Source of the DNA: Pseudomonadota bacterium
Lineage (GTDB): Bacteria; Pseudomonadota; Alphaproteobacteria; Rhizobiales; CBDHHC01
Length of the DNA stretch: 64,000 bases
Assembly (NCBI GenBank): GCA_039033475.1
Contig: JBCCCO010000004.1
Coordinates: 7,097-71,096, forward strand
Direction: 5' to 3'
The notes below the pieces were generated by a model. The model did not search any database, was not told where the DNA came from, and was given only the letters and a program-made list of their open reading frames with translations. Each line of letters opens with the position of its first letter. The stretch's first letter is position 1. Both the position numbers and the translations under genes were made by a program. Of the stretch, positions 9,309 to 19,295 are shown in pieces.

Positions 9309-10946
9309 ATGACACTACAAAAATACACCTACAATACTATATTTTTTCTTAATTCGTTAAAAGCAAGGGATGTTTTCCTTCCCTTTTTAATCATTATCAT
9401 TTTAGGAATTGCCCTTTTTCGCTTCGCCCATCATACGGCCACATCACAAAATGAAGTTCTCGCACAAGCGAACGCGACGCTTTCGCAAATGCTAAGCCAT
9501 GTGCAGACTGACATACATAATACATTTTCTAAGCGCTCTCAAAACATAGAAAATAATTTTGGTACATGGCCTGTTTTGCTAAATAAAAGTGTTGAAAGAA
9601 ACGGCATCTCTTTAAAAAATAAGCGTGTTTTGCTGGCTGACTTAAACGGCATAATACGTGCAGATCTTCCGGGTGGTCAGTTCGCATTAGGTGAAAGTCT
9701 TTTTAACACCTTTCCTGATCATATATGGTTGCAAGCCTTTTCAGGTAATACACATCAATCGACCCAAGTTCCTATTACGAAAGTGGCTCACATTGCGTCT
9801 TTCAGGCTTGTGCCAGATGTTGGCCTGGTGATCCTTCTTGAAAAATCTATGGTAAGCCTAAATGCTTGGCAAAGTAAAATTTTCCTTGAAGCTGCTTTTT
9901 TTCTTATCCTATTTTCTGTTTTTGGTATTTTGTATTTTATGATGCAAGAGAAATCTCAAAGAGTTTATCATCTTCAAAAACAGACTCCTCACCCTATAAA
10001 ATTCAATTCTTCTTTTGGAAAAAATTCTCATAATGTTAGCAATTTACTTGGGCAAACAAGATCAAGCATTTGGCACTGGGATTTGCAAAATAATAAAATT
10101 TGTTGGTCCAACTCAATGAGTAGGATGCTTGGAATGCACACGCATCCAGAAAAAATAACAATCCAATATCTCGAGGAATTGTTACATCCAGAAGATGATA
10201 TAATGGGTTCGCTGCAAAACTTATTATGGACCAGTCAGCGTCATTTTAGTTTCAGGTTCCGCATGCGACATGCACAAGAACGTTGGCTTAATTTTGAACT
10301 TCGTGGCACATTTCTACCATCTTTCCATAATGGTCTTCCCTGCATACAAGCCCTTATTATTGAACTTTACGACCAAGAAAGTATCTACAACCAACAGCAC
10401 CATGTATCAGACATGCAACTTAATAATGCTGTTGAGGCGATGTCAGAATCTTTTGCACTATGGGATAAAAAGCAAAACCTCGTAATGTGCAATCGTAAAT
10501 TTATTGCCTTTTATCAACTGCCTGAAAACTGCCTAAAGGCTGGCACTTCTTTTTCCGACATTATCAAACACTCAGATGAGCCAGCGCTAAAACAAGGTTT
10601 GCTGTCAAAATGTAAAGATGTCGACAGCGCCTGTAGTTATGAAGCAAAATTGAACGGCGGACGGTGGCTTCAAATTAATGAACACCGCACAACAGATGGT
10701 GGTTATGTCAGCATTGGTACAGATATAACTGCTATAAAAACCAGTGAACAAAAACTTGTTCGTCAAGAAAAATTTTTACGGTCAACAATCACAGAACTCA
10801 ATCAATCCCGCCGCCAATTGGAGCGTCAATCCCAGCAGTTGGTAGAATTAGCTGAGAAATATATGCTCGACAAAATGAAGGCCGAACAAGCTCATCAGAA
10901 AATTTTTGAACAACAAAAGAATAGTGAAATTAAAAACGCGGCTTGA
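9309..10946 (+). CDS. Membrane-anchored double-PAS sensor protein ending in a coiled coil, with no kinase or output domain
   Basis: 545 aa. Two TM segments flank a ~150-aa extracytoplasmic region. Two PAS-like blocks follow (WHWDLQNNKICWSNSMSRMLG...; AVEAMSESFALWDKKQNLVMCNRKFIAFYQLP...GGYVSIGTDITAIK), then a coiled coil that ends at the stop where HisKA normally begins. Confidence 0.7.
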   Translation: MTLQKYTYNTIFFLNSLKARDVFLPFLIIIILGIALFRFAHHTATSQNEVLAQANATLSQMLSHVQTDIHNTFSKRSQNIENNFGTWPVLLNKSVERNGISLKNKRVLLADLNGIIRADLPGGQFALGESLFNTFPDHIWLQAFSGNTHQSTQVPITKVAHIASFRLVPDVGLVILLEKSMVSLNAWQSKIFLEAAFFLILFSVFGILYFMMQEKSQRVYHLQKQTPHPIKFNSSFGKNSHNVSNLLGQTRSSIWHWDLQNNKICWSNSMSRMLGMHTHPEKITIQYLEELLHPEDDIMGSLQNLLWTSQRHFSFRFRMRHAQERWLNFELRGTFLPSFHNGLPCIQALIIELYDQESIYNQQHHVSDMQLNNAVEAMSESFALWDKKQNLVMCNRKFIAFYQLPENCLKAGTSFSDIIKHSDEPALKQGLLSKCKDVDSACSYEAKLNGGRWLQINEHRTTDGGYVSIGTDITAIKTSEQKLVRQEKFLRSTITELNQSRRQLERQSQQLVELAEKYMLDKMKAEQAHQKIFEQQKNSEIKNAA

Positions 10947-11208
10947 TACTTTACTATAGTTTGAAAAGGTTATATTGCTCTCAAATAGCTGCGTATAGCC
11001 TATCCAATTTGTAACAGTCCTTTCTCAAAATTCATAAAAATCTCTGATTTTGAATATGTTCGCTAACGCTTAGCAGTGGGAGCTTAAGTGGCGATTAATT
11101 CTGGAAATATCCATCACTGAGAGGGAGGAAGTCAATTTGATCCAATTTTTGTTTGAGTACGTTTAATTTGCTTTAGAGTGCCTCACCTTTATGTGAATTA
11201 ACCTATGG

Positions 11209-12540
11209 GTGAAAATGCTCGCCTATAAAAATTTGAATATGCTTCTATTGGATCTGACTTTGACACTTCGAACCCCAACGCAGACACCTTATTTACGCTA
11301 TGCATTGTTTGGCAGCGCACTTGCGTTTGCAGGGCCTCCTGTTTATATTCATATCCCTAAGCTTTATACCGAATATCACGGGATGGGTTTGGCAACAATT
11401 GGTGCAGCTCTCTTAGTATTACGTTCCATAGACTTCATTCAAGACCCAGCCTTGGGTTACCTTATTGCAAAATTTCGCAAGCACCTCAAAATCATCGCAT
11501 TTGCATTAGGTTTATTGCTTAGCGTTGGCATGCTTATGCTATTTTCTCCAACACTCCCTATAGGCTCGCAAGCCTGGCTTTTTTTAAGTTTAATATGTGT
11601 CTTTACAGGATTTAGCGGTTTACAAATCCTATATTACAGCACGGGTGTTTCCCTTGGAAAACCGTCGGCTGAGAATTCTCAAAATGGCTCAAGCCACACC
11701 CAAATCGCTTCGTGGCGTGAAGCTGGCGTTTTGTTTGGCATATGCGCGGCCTGCGTTACTCCAACTTTTTTATCATCTTTTATGACTGATCTTTCAGCGT
11801 ACTTTATTTATTCATTATTCTTTGTGTTTTTTTTAATTATCTCACTTTTCTTTATGAATACTATATGGGCCATTGAAGCAAAAACCTCAAATAATGACTT
11901 AAAATACAGAAATCTTATCCAAGATGCAGTGTTAAGTAGATTACTCATAATCGGATTTGTCAATACCCTTCCCGTTGGGCTCACTTCAACACTGTTTCTA
12001 TTTTTTGTTGAAGATAGATTAGGAGCATCCACGCAAGAGGCCGGAGTAATGCTATTACTATTTTTTCTCTGCGCTGCCATTGCGGCCCCATTTTGGGGAA
12101 TGCTTGCAAAATCATATGGATTAAAAAATATTCTTCTTTTTGGCATGGCCCTCTCTATTGCAGCTTTTAGTATTGCTTTTGCTTTAACTCCTGAGAATTA
12201 TATACTTTTTTACGGTGTATGCGCATTATCCGGATTTGCTCTTGGTGCAGATATGACATTGCTACCAGCAATGTTGTCACAAAGATTAGAAAAAATAGGA
12301 GCAGGAAGCGCGCAGACTTTTGGACTTTGGGGCTTTGTCAACAAAGCAACCCTGGCTTTGGCGGCTGCCATCGCATTACCCCTTTTGCAGCTAAGTGGGT
12401 TTGAGCCCTCTCAAAACAACTCTGATGCGGCATTAGTTACGCTTAGTTTTATGTATGCAGCACTACCTTGCCTTCTCAAAGTTCTTGCAATTTTTGCCCT
12501 TATCCTAACGAAGATAAATATGGAAGAAAATAAATGTTGA
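11209..12540 (+). CDS. MFS transporter (GPH/sugar-cation symporter-like)
   Basis: 443 aa with about 12 hydrophobic segments. It overlaps the downstream DUF3833 gene by 7 nt. The start could be ATG 11215. Confidence 0.7.
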   Translation: MKMLAYKNLNMLLLDLTLTLRTPTQTPYLRYALFGSALAFAGPPVYIHIPKLYTEYHGMGLATIGAALLVLRSIDFIQDPALGYLIAKFRKHLKIIAFALGLLLSVGMLMLFSPTLPIGSQAWLFLSLICVFTGFSGLQILYYSTGVSLGKPSAENSQNGSSHTQIASWREAGVLFGICAACVTPTFLSSFMTDLSAYFIYSLFFVFFLIISLFFMNTIWAIEAKTSNNDLKYRNLIQDAVLSRLLIIGFVNTLPVGLTSTLFLFFVEDRLGASTQEAGVMLLLFFLCAAIAAPFWGMLAKSYGLKNILLFGMALSIAAFSIAFALTPENYILFYGVCALSGFALGADMTLLPAMLSQRLEKIGAGSAQTFGLWGFVNKATLALAAAIALPLLQLSGFEPSQNNSDAALVTLSFMYAALPCLLKVLAIFALILTKINMEENKC

Positions 12541-13106
12541 AGAGCCTTTTCCTGATTTCAATTGGTGTCCTTATTACACTCGGTATTTACTTTGTTATTC
12601 ATACATTTTGGAGTTTTTCAGCTCAACGTACTCGAGACTATGCCAAAGAATCTCCTACACTTGATTTGAAAACACATCTGCAAGGCAATTTCATTGCTAG
12701 CGGTCTTATTTATGACTATACAGGTAGGGTAAACACACGGTTTCGCGCAAAACTCCAGGGACGCTTTGATAGTAGATCTGGAACGCTTGATGAAAATTTC
12801 GTTTACTCACATGGACCAACACAAAAACGTAAATGGAATATTACATTAGAACAGAATGGAAAGTTTACGGCAACGGCTGCGGATGTCATTGGCAAAGCGC
12901 AAGGAGAATACAAAGGCAATGCCTTGGTTATGCGCTATCGTTTGCAATTGCCCAAACGATCCGGCGGCTATATATTAGATGTTGTTGACTGGATGTATCT
13001 GCTTGAGGATGGCACAATCCTCAATCGCTCTGAGATGCGGAAATTCAACCTTAAAGTCGCCGAACTTTTTGCTGTGTTTGTCGAAGAAACAGCAGAAAAA
13101 AATTAA
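12534..13106 (+). CDS. DUF3833 family protein
   Basis: 190 aa. N-terminal TM, then GTLDENFVYSHG...RKWNI...NGKFTATAADVIGKAQGEYKGNALVMRYRL...VDWMYLLEDGTILNRSEMRKFNLKVAELF, matching the DUF3833 pattern as I remember it. Its ATG overlaps the MFS gene stop. Confidence 0.65.
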   Translation: MLKSLFLISIGVLITLGIYFVIHTFWSFSAQRTRDYAKESPTLDLKTHLQGNFIASGLIYDYTGRVNTRFRAKLQGRFDSRSGTLDENFVYSHGPTQKRKWNITLEQNGKFTATAADVIGKAQGEYKGNALVMRYRLQLPKRSGGYILDVVDWMYLLEDGTILNRSEMRKFNLKVAELFAVFVEETAEKN

Positions 13107-13241
13107 GCCTCTAATTCAAACGTTTATTTGATAGTAATACTTTGCGAGTATGCGTGTGATCTGCCCCCTAATGAACTGTCTCATTTAAAACTGACACTTA
13201 CAATTTAGTTCTACAATCAGAGTATTAGACAAATTCATGCG

Positions 13242-13268
13242 TGACGGGTGTTTTTCAACACCCCGTCA
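13242..13268. terminator. Hairpin between convergent genes (possible bidirectional terminator, weak)
   Basis: TGACGGGTG-TTTTTCAA-CACCCCGTCA, a 9-10 bp stem with a 1-nt bulge, between the DUF3833 gene (+) and the DUF992 gene (-). No clean U-tract on either side. Confidence 0.3.
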
Positions 13269-13294
13269 AAACTTGCACATAATTATATTCAAAC

Positions 13295-13783
13295 TTAACG
13301 GCGTTCCGTATATCTCAATTCAAGATCGGCAACACCAGCAGCAATATTTAAACCGGTTGAACCTGAAACGCTCAAAGGATTTAGCATAATCTTGTTTGTT
13401 CCCACTAGAGCATTAGCACCAATACCTGCACCTGCGGTTACCTCAGCCGTTGCGCCAACATAATCGCCCTCTAAAACTCCAGGACGGCTCTTTGATGTCG
13501 GAGCAAGCACTTCCCATAGAATAATGCCTGATTTTTTATACCCAATATCAAGGCCAAACTTTTTAATTTTACCACGATAGCGCTCAACACGTTCACTACC
13601 TGAAGGCTCATAAACACAATATAGCTCACGCTTTGAACCAACGATGAAAGAAAACCCTTCACCCACATCACATTTTAATGTTCCAGCGACGCGGCGCTCG
13701 GCTGACACTTGGTGGGACGTTGACACAAAAAGGCCTGCGGCAAGAGCAAATACACTCAATATAAGTAACAAATTTTTATTCAT
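13295..13783 (-). CDS. DUF992 family secreted protein
   Basis: Signal peptide MNKNLLLILSVFALAAGLF (I prefer this internal start at 13783). Then GTLKCDVGEGFSFIVGSKRELYCVYEP...ERYRGKIKKFGLDIGY...GANALVGTNKIMLNPLSVSGSTGLNIAAGVADLELR, the DUF992 signature common in Rhizobiales. Confidence 0.8.
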   Translation of the reverse strand: MNKNLLLILSVFALAAGLFVSTSHQVSAERRVAGTLKCDVGEGFSFIVGSKRELYCVYEPSGSERVERYRGKIKKFGLDIGYKKSGIILWEVLAPTSKSRPGVLEGDYVGATAEVTAGAGIGANALVGTNKIMLNPLSVSGSTGLNIAAGVADLELRYTERR

Positions 13784-13870
13784 ATTCTGACCCTCAAATA
13801 AATTATTCAATTAATTTTATAGTCTTTGTATTTATGCGATAGCTTTACCACACACAACCTAGAAATGCTA

Positions 13871-16360
13871 TTATGAAGCTATTTTTTCCTCTGAGATTTC
13901 AGCATCTTCTTCATCTTCAGCTGGTTGTATCTGAAAAAATTGGACTTTTTCTTGCATCACAACAGCTCTTTCTGCAAGCGCCGAACATGCGGCCATATTT
14001 TCTTCTGCAACGGCCGCATTTTGTTGCGTCGTATTATCCATCAAGGCAATAGCTTTGTTAATTTCATCAATACCAATGGACTGCTCTACACTTGCATTAG
14101 AGATCTGGTCGACAATATCAGCTAATTTCGCCACTCCGCCAAGTATCTGCTCTAGTGACCCACCTGTGTCTTTTACAAGCTTAGTACCTTGCTGTACTTC
14201 TTGATTTCCACTTTCAATCAACTGATCAATATCTTTTGCGGCATCAGCAGACCTTTGGGCTAATTTTCTCACTTCTGCGGCAACGACTTCAAAGCCCTTC
14301 CCCGCGTCTCCTGCTCGGGCGGCTTCAACAGCGGCATTCAATGCAAGTAAGTTAATTTGAAAGGCAATTTCATCAATAACGTTGGTAATATCAGCCACTT
14401 TACGCGATGACTTTTCAATCCTATCCATCGCTTCGATTGCACACCCAACAACTTGACCACTTTCTTCAGCTGCACTTTGTGCCTGCGTTGCAAGTTCATT
14501 CGCAACAGATGCACTTTCAGCATTGTTCTGAATGCCGGTAGACATTTGCTCTATAGATGCAACTATTTCATGCAAACTTGAGGCTTGTGTTTCCGTGCGC
14601 CTTGCAAGATCATTACTGCCGACAGTAATTTCACTTGAAGCTGTACTGACGGAATCTGATGTATAATGGATCTGATCAATTACATCAGACATGGCATCGA
14701 TTGTACTGTTGAGAGCCTGCTTGATATCATCAAACATACCAGTATATTTGCCTTCAACCTTTGTCGTTAAATCGCCCTTGGATAGAGCTTCAATGACACC
14801 TTTAACCTCTGTCAAGCCTTTGAGACAAATCGCATTAATAACATTAATGCCCTCTGAAAGCTCAATCATGAAACCTTCTTTATCGAAAGAATTCATTTCC
14901 TGGGTAAAATCACCGCGTGCGGCCGCAAAAGAAACTTCTGTCATATCAGAAATAAAGGAATTCAGTTTTTCCTGACTTTCATTGATCGCTTGCTTAATTT
15001 CGTCAAACAAACCTTGATACTCACCATTCACAGCATTGGTCAGATCGCCCTCTGAAATTCCTTTAACGGCATCACGAATTTCACCCAAACCACGCTCTGA
15101 AATTTCATTAATGTTATTCATGCTTTGCGACAACTCAAGCAAGAAGCCTGCTTTATCTGAGACTTCGATACGGTGTGAAAAGTCGCCAGCGCTTGCTGCA
15201 TTGGCTTGCTCAGTCGCACTGGTTATGACTGAAGATAATTGTTGAAGAGTTTTATTGAAATTCAGTTTGATATCTTCAAATTGACCATCTAGATCACCTT
15301 CAATTGTTTGCGATAAATCTCCATGAGAAATAGCGCTCACACATTTTTCTATTTCTGTGAGACCTTGATCTGATATTTCGTTAATTTTATTTATGCTTTC
15401 GGCTAGATTTAAAAAAGCACCTTCGTAACTTGAAATATCAATACGTCTTGCAAAGTTACCTAAAGATGCAGCCCGAGCTGTTTCGGTTGTTTCTTGTATT
15501 AGGTTCGAGAGCTTTATGCTGATCTCGGCAAAAGCACCTGATATTTCTGCAAACAGCCCATGTATTTCTTGATTGTCTTCTTCCAACTGTTGTTCTTGCA
15601 CTAAGTGCTCTTCTTTAGTTGAAATTTCACAATCATCTTGGTCTAGATTTTGCTCTTCATTTTCATCATCTTCAATATCTGTCACACAATTTTCTTCGAT
15701 CGTATTTTGGCTCTCAGCTAGGGTCAACTCACCTTTAGAAATACACGAAAGCGTTTCTTTAATGAATGATAAGTTTTTCTCTAAAGTAGACATCATCCCG
15801 TTTGTATTTTGGGCAAAATACAACACTGGACCTTGCAAATCTTCTGTCACAATACGCAAAGAACAATCCCCTTTTGACACTTCAGTCATAAGGCACTCTG
15901 CTTGCGATGTTACACGCTTATAATCTTGAAGAAGCTCTAACTCTTGCCGGAATTTTTGTTTTTCTACGTTGAAAGTTTTTTGGGCAGTTTCAAGCTCATT
16001 CAAGCGCTCTAATTTGTTGTGCAAGATCTTTATAGATGCCGCCATATCTTGCAGTATTTGATCATAGGCTGCGTTGGTATCAAAATCGGATTTGATTTTG
16101 TTTTGCGAAAGATCCTTTAAAGTTTTATTGATTTTTTCAAAAGGCTGCATGATATAGCATGTGATAAAATATGCTCCAACGGCTCCTACAATCACTAGAG
16201 CTGTAGAGGCTGACAACTGATAATAAACCGTTAGTTTGGAGGCGAAATCTGCTGTTAGGAACACATATAAAACACATGCGTGCAAAAAGCCAAGAACAGT
16301 AACAAGAGCTATCACGCACGATGCTCTTTTATAATGGCCAAATTCTCGCTTAATTCGCAT
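13871..16360 (-). CDS. Methyl-accepting chemotaxis protein with tandem HAMP-containing repeat units
   Basis: 829 aa. Two closely spaced N-terminal TM segments. Three ~90-aa repeat units at about 14665..15490. The conserved signalling hairpin reads EIAFQINLLALNAAVEAARAGDAGKGFEVVAAEVRKLAQRS. Confidence 0.9.
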   Translation of the reverse strand: MRIKREFGHYKRASCVIALVTVLGFLHACVLYVFLTADFASKLTVYYQLSASTALVIVGAVGAYFITCYIMQPFEKINKTLKDLSQNKIKSDFDTNAAYDQILQDMAASIKILHNKLERLNELETAQKTFNVEKQKFRQELELLQDYKRVTSQAECLMTEVSKGDCSLRIVTEDLQGPVLYFAQNTNGMMSTLEKNLSFIKETLSCISKGELTLAESQNTIEENCVTDIEDDENEEQNLDQDDCEISTKEEHLVQEQQLEEDNQEIHGLFAEISGAFAEISIKLSNLIQETTETARAASLGNFARRIDISSYEGAFLNLAESINKINEISDQGLTEIEKCVSAISHGDLSQTIEGDLDGQFEDIKLNFNKTLQQLSSVITSATEQANAASAGDFSHRIEVSDKAGFLLELSQSMNNINEISERGLGEIRDAVKGISEGDLTNAVNGEYQGLFDEIKQAINESQEKLNSFISDMTEVSFAAARGDFTQEMNSFDKEGFMIELSEGINVINAICLKGLTEVKGVIEALSKGDLTTKVEGKYTGMFDDIKQALNSTIDAMSDVIDQIHYTSDSVSTASSEITVGSNDLARRTETQASSLHEIVASIEQMSTGIQNNAESASVANELATQAQSAAEESGQVVGCAIEAMDRIEKSSRKVADITNVIDEIAFQINLLALNAAVEAARAGDAGKGFEVVAAEVRKLAQRSADAAKDIDQLIESGNQEVQQGTKLVKDTGGSLEQILGGVAKLADIVDQISNASVEQSIGIDEINKAIALMDNTTQQNAAVAEENMAACSALAERAVVMQEKVQFFQIQPAEDEEDAEISEEKIAS

Positions 16361-16505
16361 GACGTGCCAATCCCCAAATTGCCACTTAAAGTTTAATTGT
16401 CAGAATACGGAAAAGGAAACAAGAAAGGCTTAATTTTTAGCTCGCGCAGAAGCCAATTTGAAAGTTGCCTAATAAAGTGTAAAGCAGCACGGACAGAAGC
16501 TATGT

Positions 16506-17306
16506 CTAAATCGCTAGATACTGCTGGCGAAGCTCCACATTATCAAGCACTTCTTGGGATACGCCATCAAAGACGATATGTCCCATATCCAAAATAATCG
16601 CCCGATCGGCTAACTGTAGCGCAGCTATTGCATTTTGCTCTACGATAAGTGTTGTAATGCCAAGGGTCTTGATTTGCTCAAGTGTCTTTTCAATCTCTTG
16701 CACGATCACAGGGGCTAAGCCTTCATAGGGCTCATCAAGCAACAATAGCTTTACATCTCTGGCCAATGCCCTGCCAATAGCAAGCATTTGCTGCTCGCCG
16801 CCAGATAAAGTGGTTCCTTCTTGGGTGCGCCGCTCCCCTAATCTTGGAAACAAATCATATATCCGTTCAATAGACCAACCGATAGGGGGGGCAATCTGCG
16901 CCAATTGCAAATTTTCTTCCACCGATAACCCCTGAATAATGCGTCTGTCTTCCGGCACGAAGCCAACACCGTTTTGTGCCGCTTCATAAGAGCGCATCTT
17001 ATGCAATGGCTTATGGTCCAGCCAAATTTCACCATGACGCAATTCAGGATTATCTACTCGGGCAATTGTCCGCAATGTTGAGGTTTTACCAGCTCCATTT
17101 CGTCCCAACAGGGCAACGATTTCACCTTCGCGTATGTCAAAGCTAACCCCTTGGACAATATAACTTTCGCCATAATAGGCATGAATATCCCAACACGAAA
17201 AATAGGTGGTTTGCCCACCTTTCGTATGCGTTGGTTTCTTAACAGGAACCCTTTCTTCGCAGGCAGTATCACCGAATGTACCGATCCCTTGACTTTGTAT
17301 ATTCAT
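16506..17306 (-). CDS. HAAT-family ABC transporter ATP-binding protein (LivF-like) with an N-terminal extension
   Basis: Walker A GRNGAGKTS, signature LSGGEQQ, Walker B LLLLDEP. I prefer ATG 17306 (AAGGA upstream) to the TTG at 17333. Confidence 0.85.
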   Translation of the reverse strand: MNIQSQGIGTFGDTACEERVPVKKPTHTKGGQTTYFSCWDIHAYYGESYIVQGVSFDIREGEIVALLGRNGAGKTSTLRTIARVDNPELRHGEIWLDHKPLHKMRSYEAAQNGVGFVPEDRRIIQGLSVEENLQLAQIAPPIGWSIERIYDLFPRLGERRTQEGTTLSGGEQQMLAIGRALARDVKLLLLDEPYEGLAPVIVQEIEKTLEQIKTLGITTLIVEQNAIAALQLADRAIILDMGHIVFDGVSQEVLDNVELRQQYLAI

Positions 17307-17367
17307 ATCCTGTCCTTTTGGTGGAAAAGTCAAACTTACTTCAATTCTCTAAATGTTCTATAATCCA

Positions 17368-18123
17368 CTAAACGTGAATGCCTCCCAAATAAGCATCTTG
17401 CACTTTGGGGTTACCTTTTATTTTTTCGGGTATATCCTCCGCAATAACAGTGCCTTGAGCAAGAACTGAAATTTTCTCGGCAAGTGAAAACACAACATGC
17501 ATGTCGTGCTCAATCACCACCATTGTAATCCCCCGTTTGGCAATTTGCTTCATCAGGTAAATCGTATTATTAGTGTCTGCCCGCGCCATACCCGCTGTTG
17601 GTTCATCAAGCAACAACAGTTTTGGATCTTGAGCAAGACACATGGCTAACTCTAAACGCCGTTTATCACCACGCGATAATTGACCCGCATAATCATACGC
17701 TTTTTGATCTAAGTCCACATCCTTTAACATCTCCAGGGCCTTAACATGAATATCACCGTAATCTGCAACAGCGTTCCACGCATTTAATTCAAAAGCCCCA
17801 TCGCGTTTTGCAAATGCTGGTATCATAATATTTTCAAGCAATGTTAGGTCGCCAAATATCTCCGGGGTTTGAAAAACACGGCTAACCCCAATCTGATTAA
17901 TCTGATGCGGCTCAAGCCCCAATAGGGACTGTTTTTCAAATGTAACGCTTCCAGTATCAGGCTCAAGCCGTCCAACAAAACAGTTTAATAACGTTGATTT
18001 TCCAGCTCCATTAGGACCGATAATCGCATGAACGGTGCCAGCCTCAATTTCAAGATTAACATTGTCGAGAGCCTTAAGGCCACCAAAACTTTTATTTATA
18101 TTTTTGACTGAAAGGACACCCAT
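17368..18123 (-). CDS. HAAT-family ABC transporter ATP-binding protein (LivG-like)
   Basis: 251 aa. GPNGAGKST, LSRGDKRRLELA, LLLLDEPTAG. Confidence 0.9.
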   Translation of the reverse strand: MGVLSVKNINKSFGGLKALDNVNLEIEAGTVHAIIGPNGAGKSTLLNCFVGRLEPDTGSVTFEKQSLLGLEPHQINQIGVSRVFQTPEIFGDLTLLENIMIPAFAKRDGAFELNAWNAVADYGDIHVKALEMLKDVDLDQKAYDYAGQLSRGDKRRLELAMCLAQDPKLLLLDEPTAGMARADTNNTIYLMKQIAKRGITMVVIEHDMHVVFSLAEKISVLAQGTVIAEDIPEKIKGNPKVQDAYLGGIHV

Positions 18124-19292
18124 TATTCAGCTCCTTCCACGCGGGCAGATTGGGGCAATTTCGGAGTTGATTTCTCATCTTGTTTTATCATTAGAGATTT
18201 TACAAAGTTATAAAGTCTATTGACACCCTCCATAATACCTCCAGGTAAAAAGATAACGATTAGCATAAACATAGCGCCCAACGTCAAATGCCACCCTTCA
18301 CCAACAAAAAGTGAGGCAAGCGAGACCACAGCATGCTGCAAAGTTTCAGGAAGAAAGCTGAAGGTGTTCAATAAAATATCTTTGTTGAAAGCAGAAAAAA
18401 TATTCTCAAAATACTTGATAAAACCAGCGCCTAACACAGGTCCAATCAGTGTTCCAGCCCCTCCCAAAATTGTCATCAAAACCACTTCACCCGACGCAGT
18501 CCATTGCATTCTCTCGGCCCCAGCTAAAGGGTCTGTGACTGCCATTAATCCCCCTGCAAGCCCCGCATACATGCCTGAAATCACAAATGCAGCCAGCGCA
18601 TAGGGGCGCGGGTTTAGCCCGGTGTAATTCATGCGATTTTGATTGGATTTGATAGCTCTAAGCATCATACCAAATGGAGAGCGGAAAATGCGAATTGAAA
18701 GATAAAAACATAAAATCAATACAACGGCGCAGAAATAAAACCCAGGATAGCCTGTCATGACCAGCCCGAATAGATCTGAAGATGGCAGCACAGCCCCATA
18801 ATCACGGCCCAATGCTATATCTAAAACCCTCGGATCTGACTGGGTGAGTTGCAAACCTGTCTCGCCGTTTGTGATTGGAGTTAAAACCGAATAAGCCAGA
18901 TTATAACTCATTTGTGCAAATGCAAGCGTTAGAATAGAGAAATAAATTCCTGTTCTACGTAGCGATATAAATCCAATGATAACAGCAAATACTCCGCCCA
19001 AAACAGTGGCAAAAACAATTGCCAATATAGGGTTCATGCTGAGTAACTTGAATGCCCAAACAGCTGTATATGATCCAACACCCAAAAATGCGGCATGGCC
19101 AAAAGATAAATACCCCGTCAAGCCGAAAAGAATATTAAACCCCAATGCAAAAACTCCAAATATTGCGAATTTCTGCAACAAATCTGGATAACCCGCTCCG
19201 AATGGGGTAAAAAGAATGGGGCCCAAAAATACAATGACGGTAAAGCCTATAAAGAGTAGGGTATCATTTTTATTTAGTGCAAGTATTTTCAT
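18123..19292 (-). CDS. HAAT-family ABC transporter permease (LivM-like)
   Basis: 389 aa and polytopic. Its stop overlaps the start of the downstream ATPase gene. Confidence 0.85.
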   Translation of the reverse strand: MKILALNKNDTLLFIGFTVIVFLGPILFTPFGAGYPDLLQKFAIFGVFALGFNILFGLTGYLSFGHAAFLGVGSYTAVWAFKLLSMNPILAIVFATVLGGVFAVIIGFISLRRTGIYFSILTLAFAQMSYNLAYSVLTPITNGETGLQLTQSDPRVLDIALGRDYGAVLPSSDLFGLVMTGYPGFYFCAVVLILCFYLSIRIFRSPFGMMLRAIKSNQNRMNYTGLNPRPYALAAFVISGMYAGLAGGLMAVTDPLAGAERMQWTASGEVVLMTILGGAGTLIGPVLGAGFIKYFENIFSAFNKDILLNTFSFLPETLQHAVVSLASLFVGEGWHLTLGAMFMLIVIFLPGGIMEGVNRLYNFVKSLMIKQDEKSTPKLPQSARVEGAE

Positions 19293-19295
19293 TGA

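Noticed and set aside
16361-16505. TGGCA…TTGGCAC sequences upstream of the chemoreceptor gene, considered as a sigma-54 promoter
   Set aside because: The spacing and the -12 element do not fit TGGCAC-N5-TTGC, and the motif abuts the start codon.
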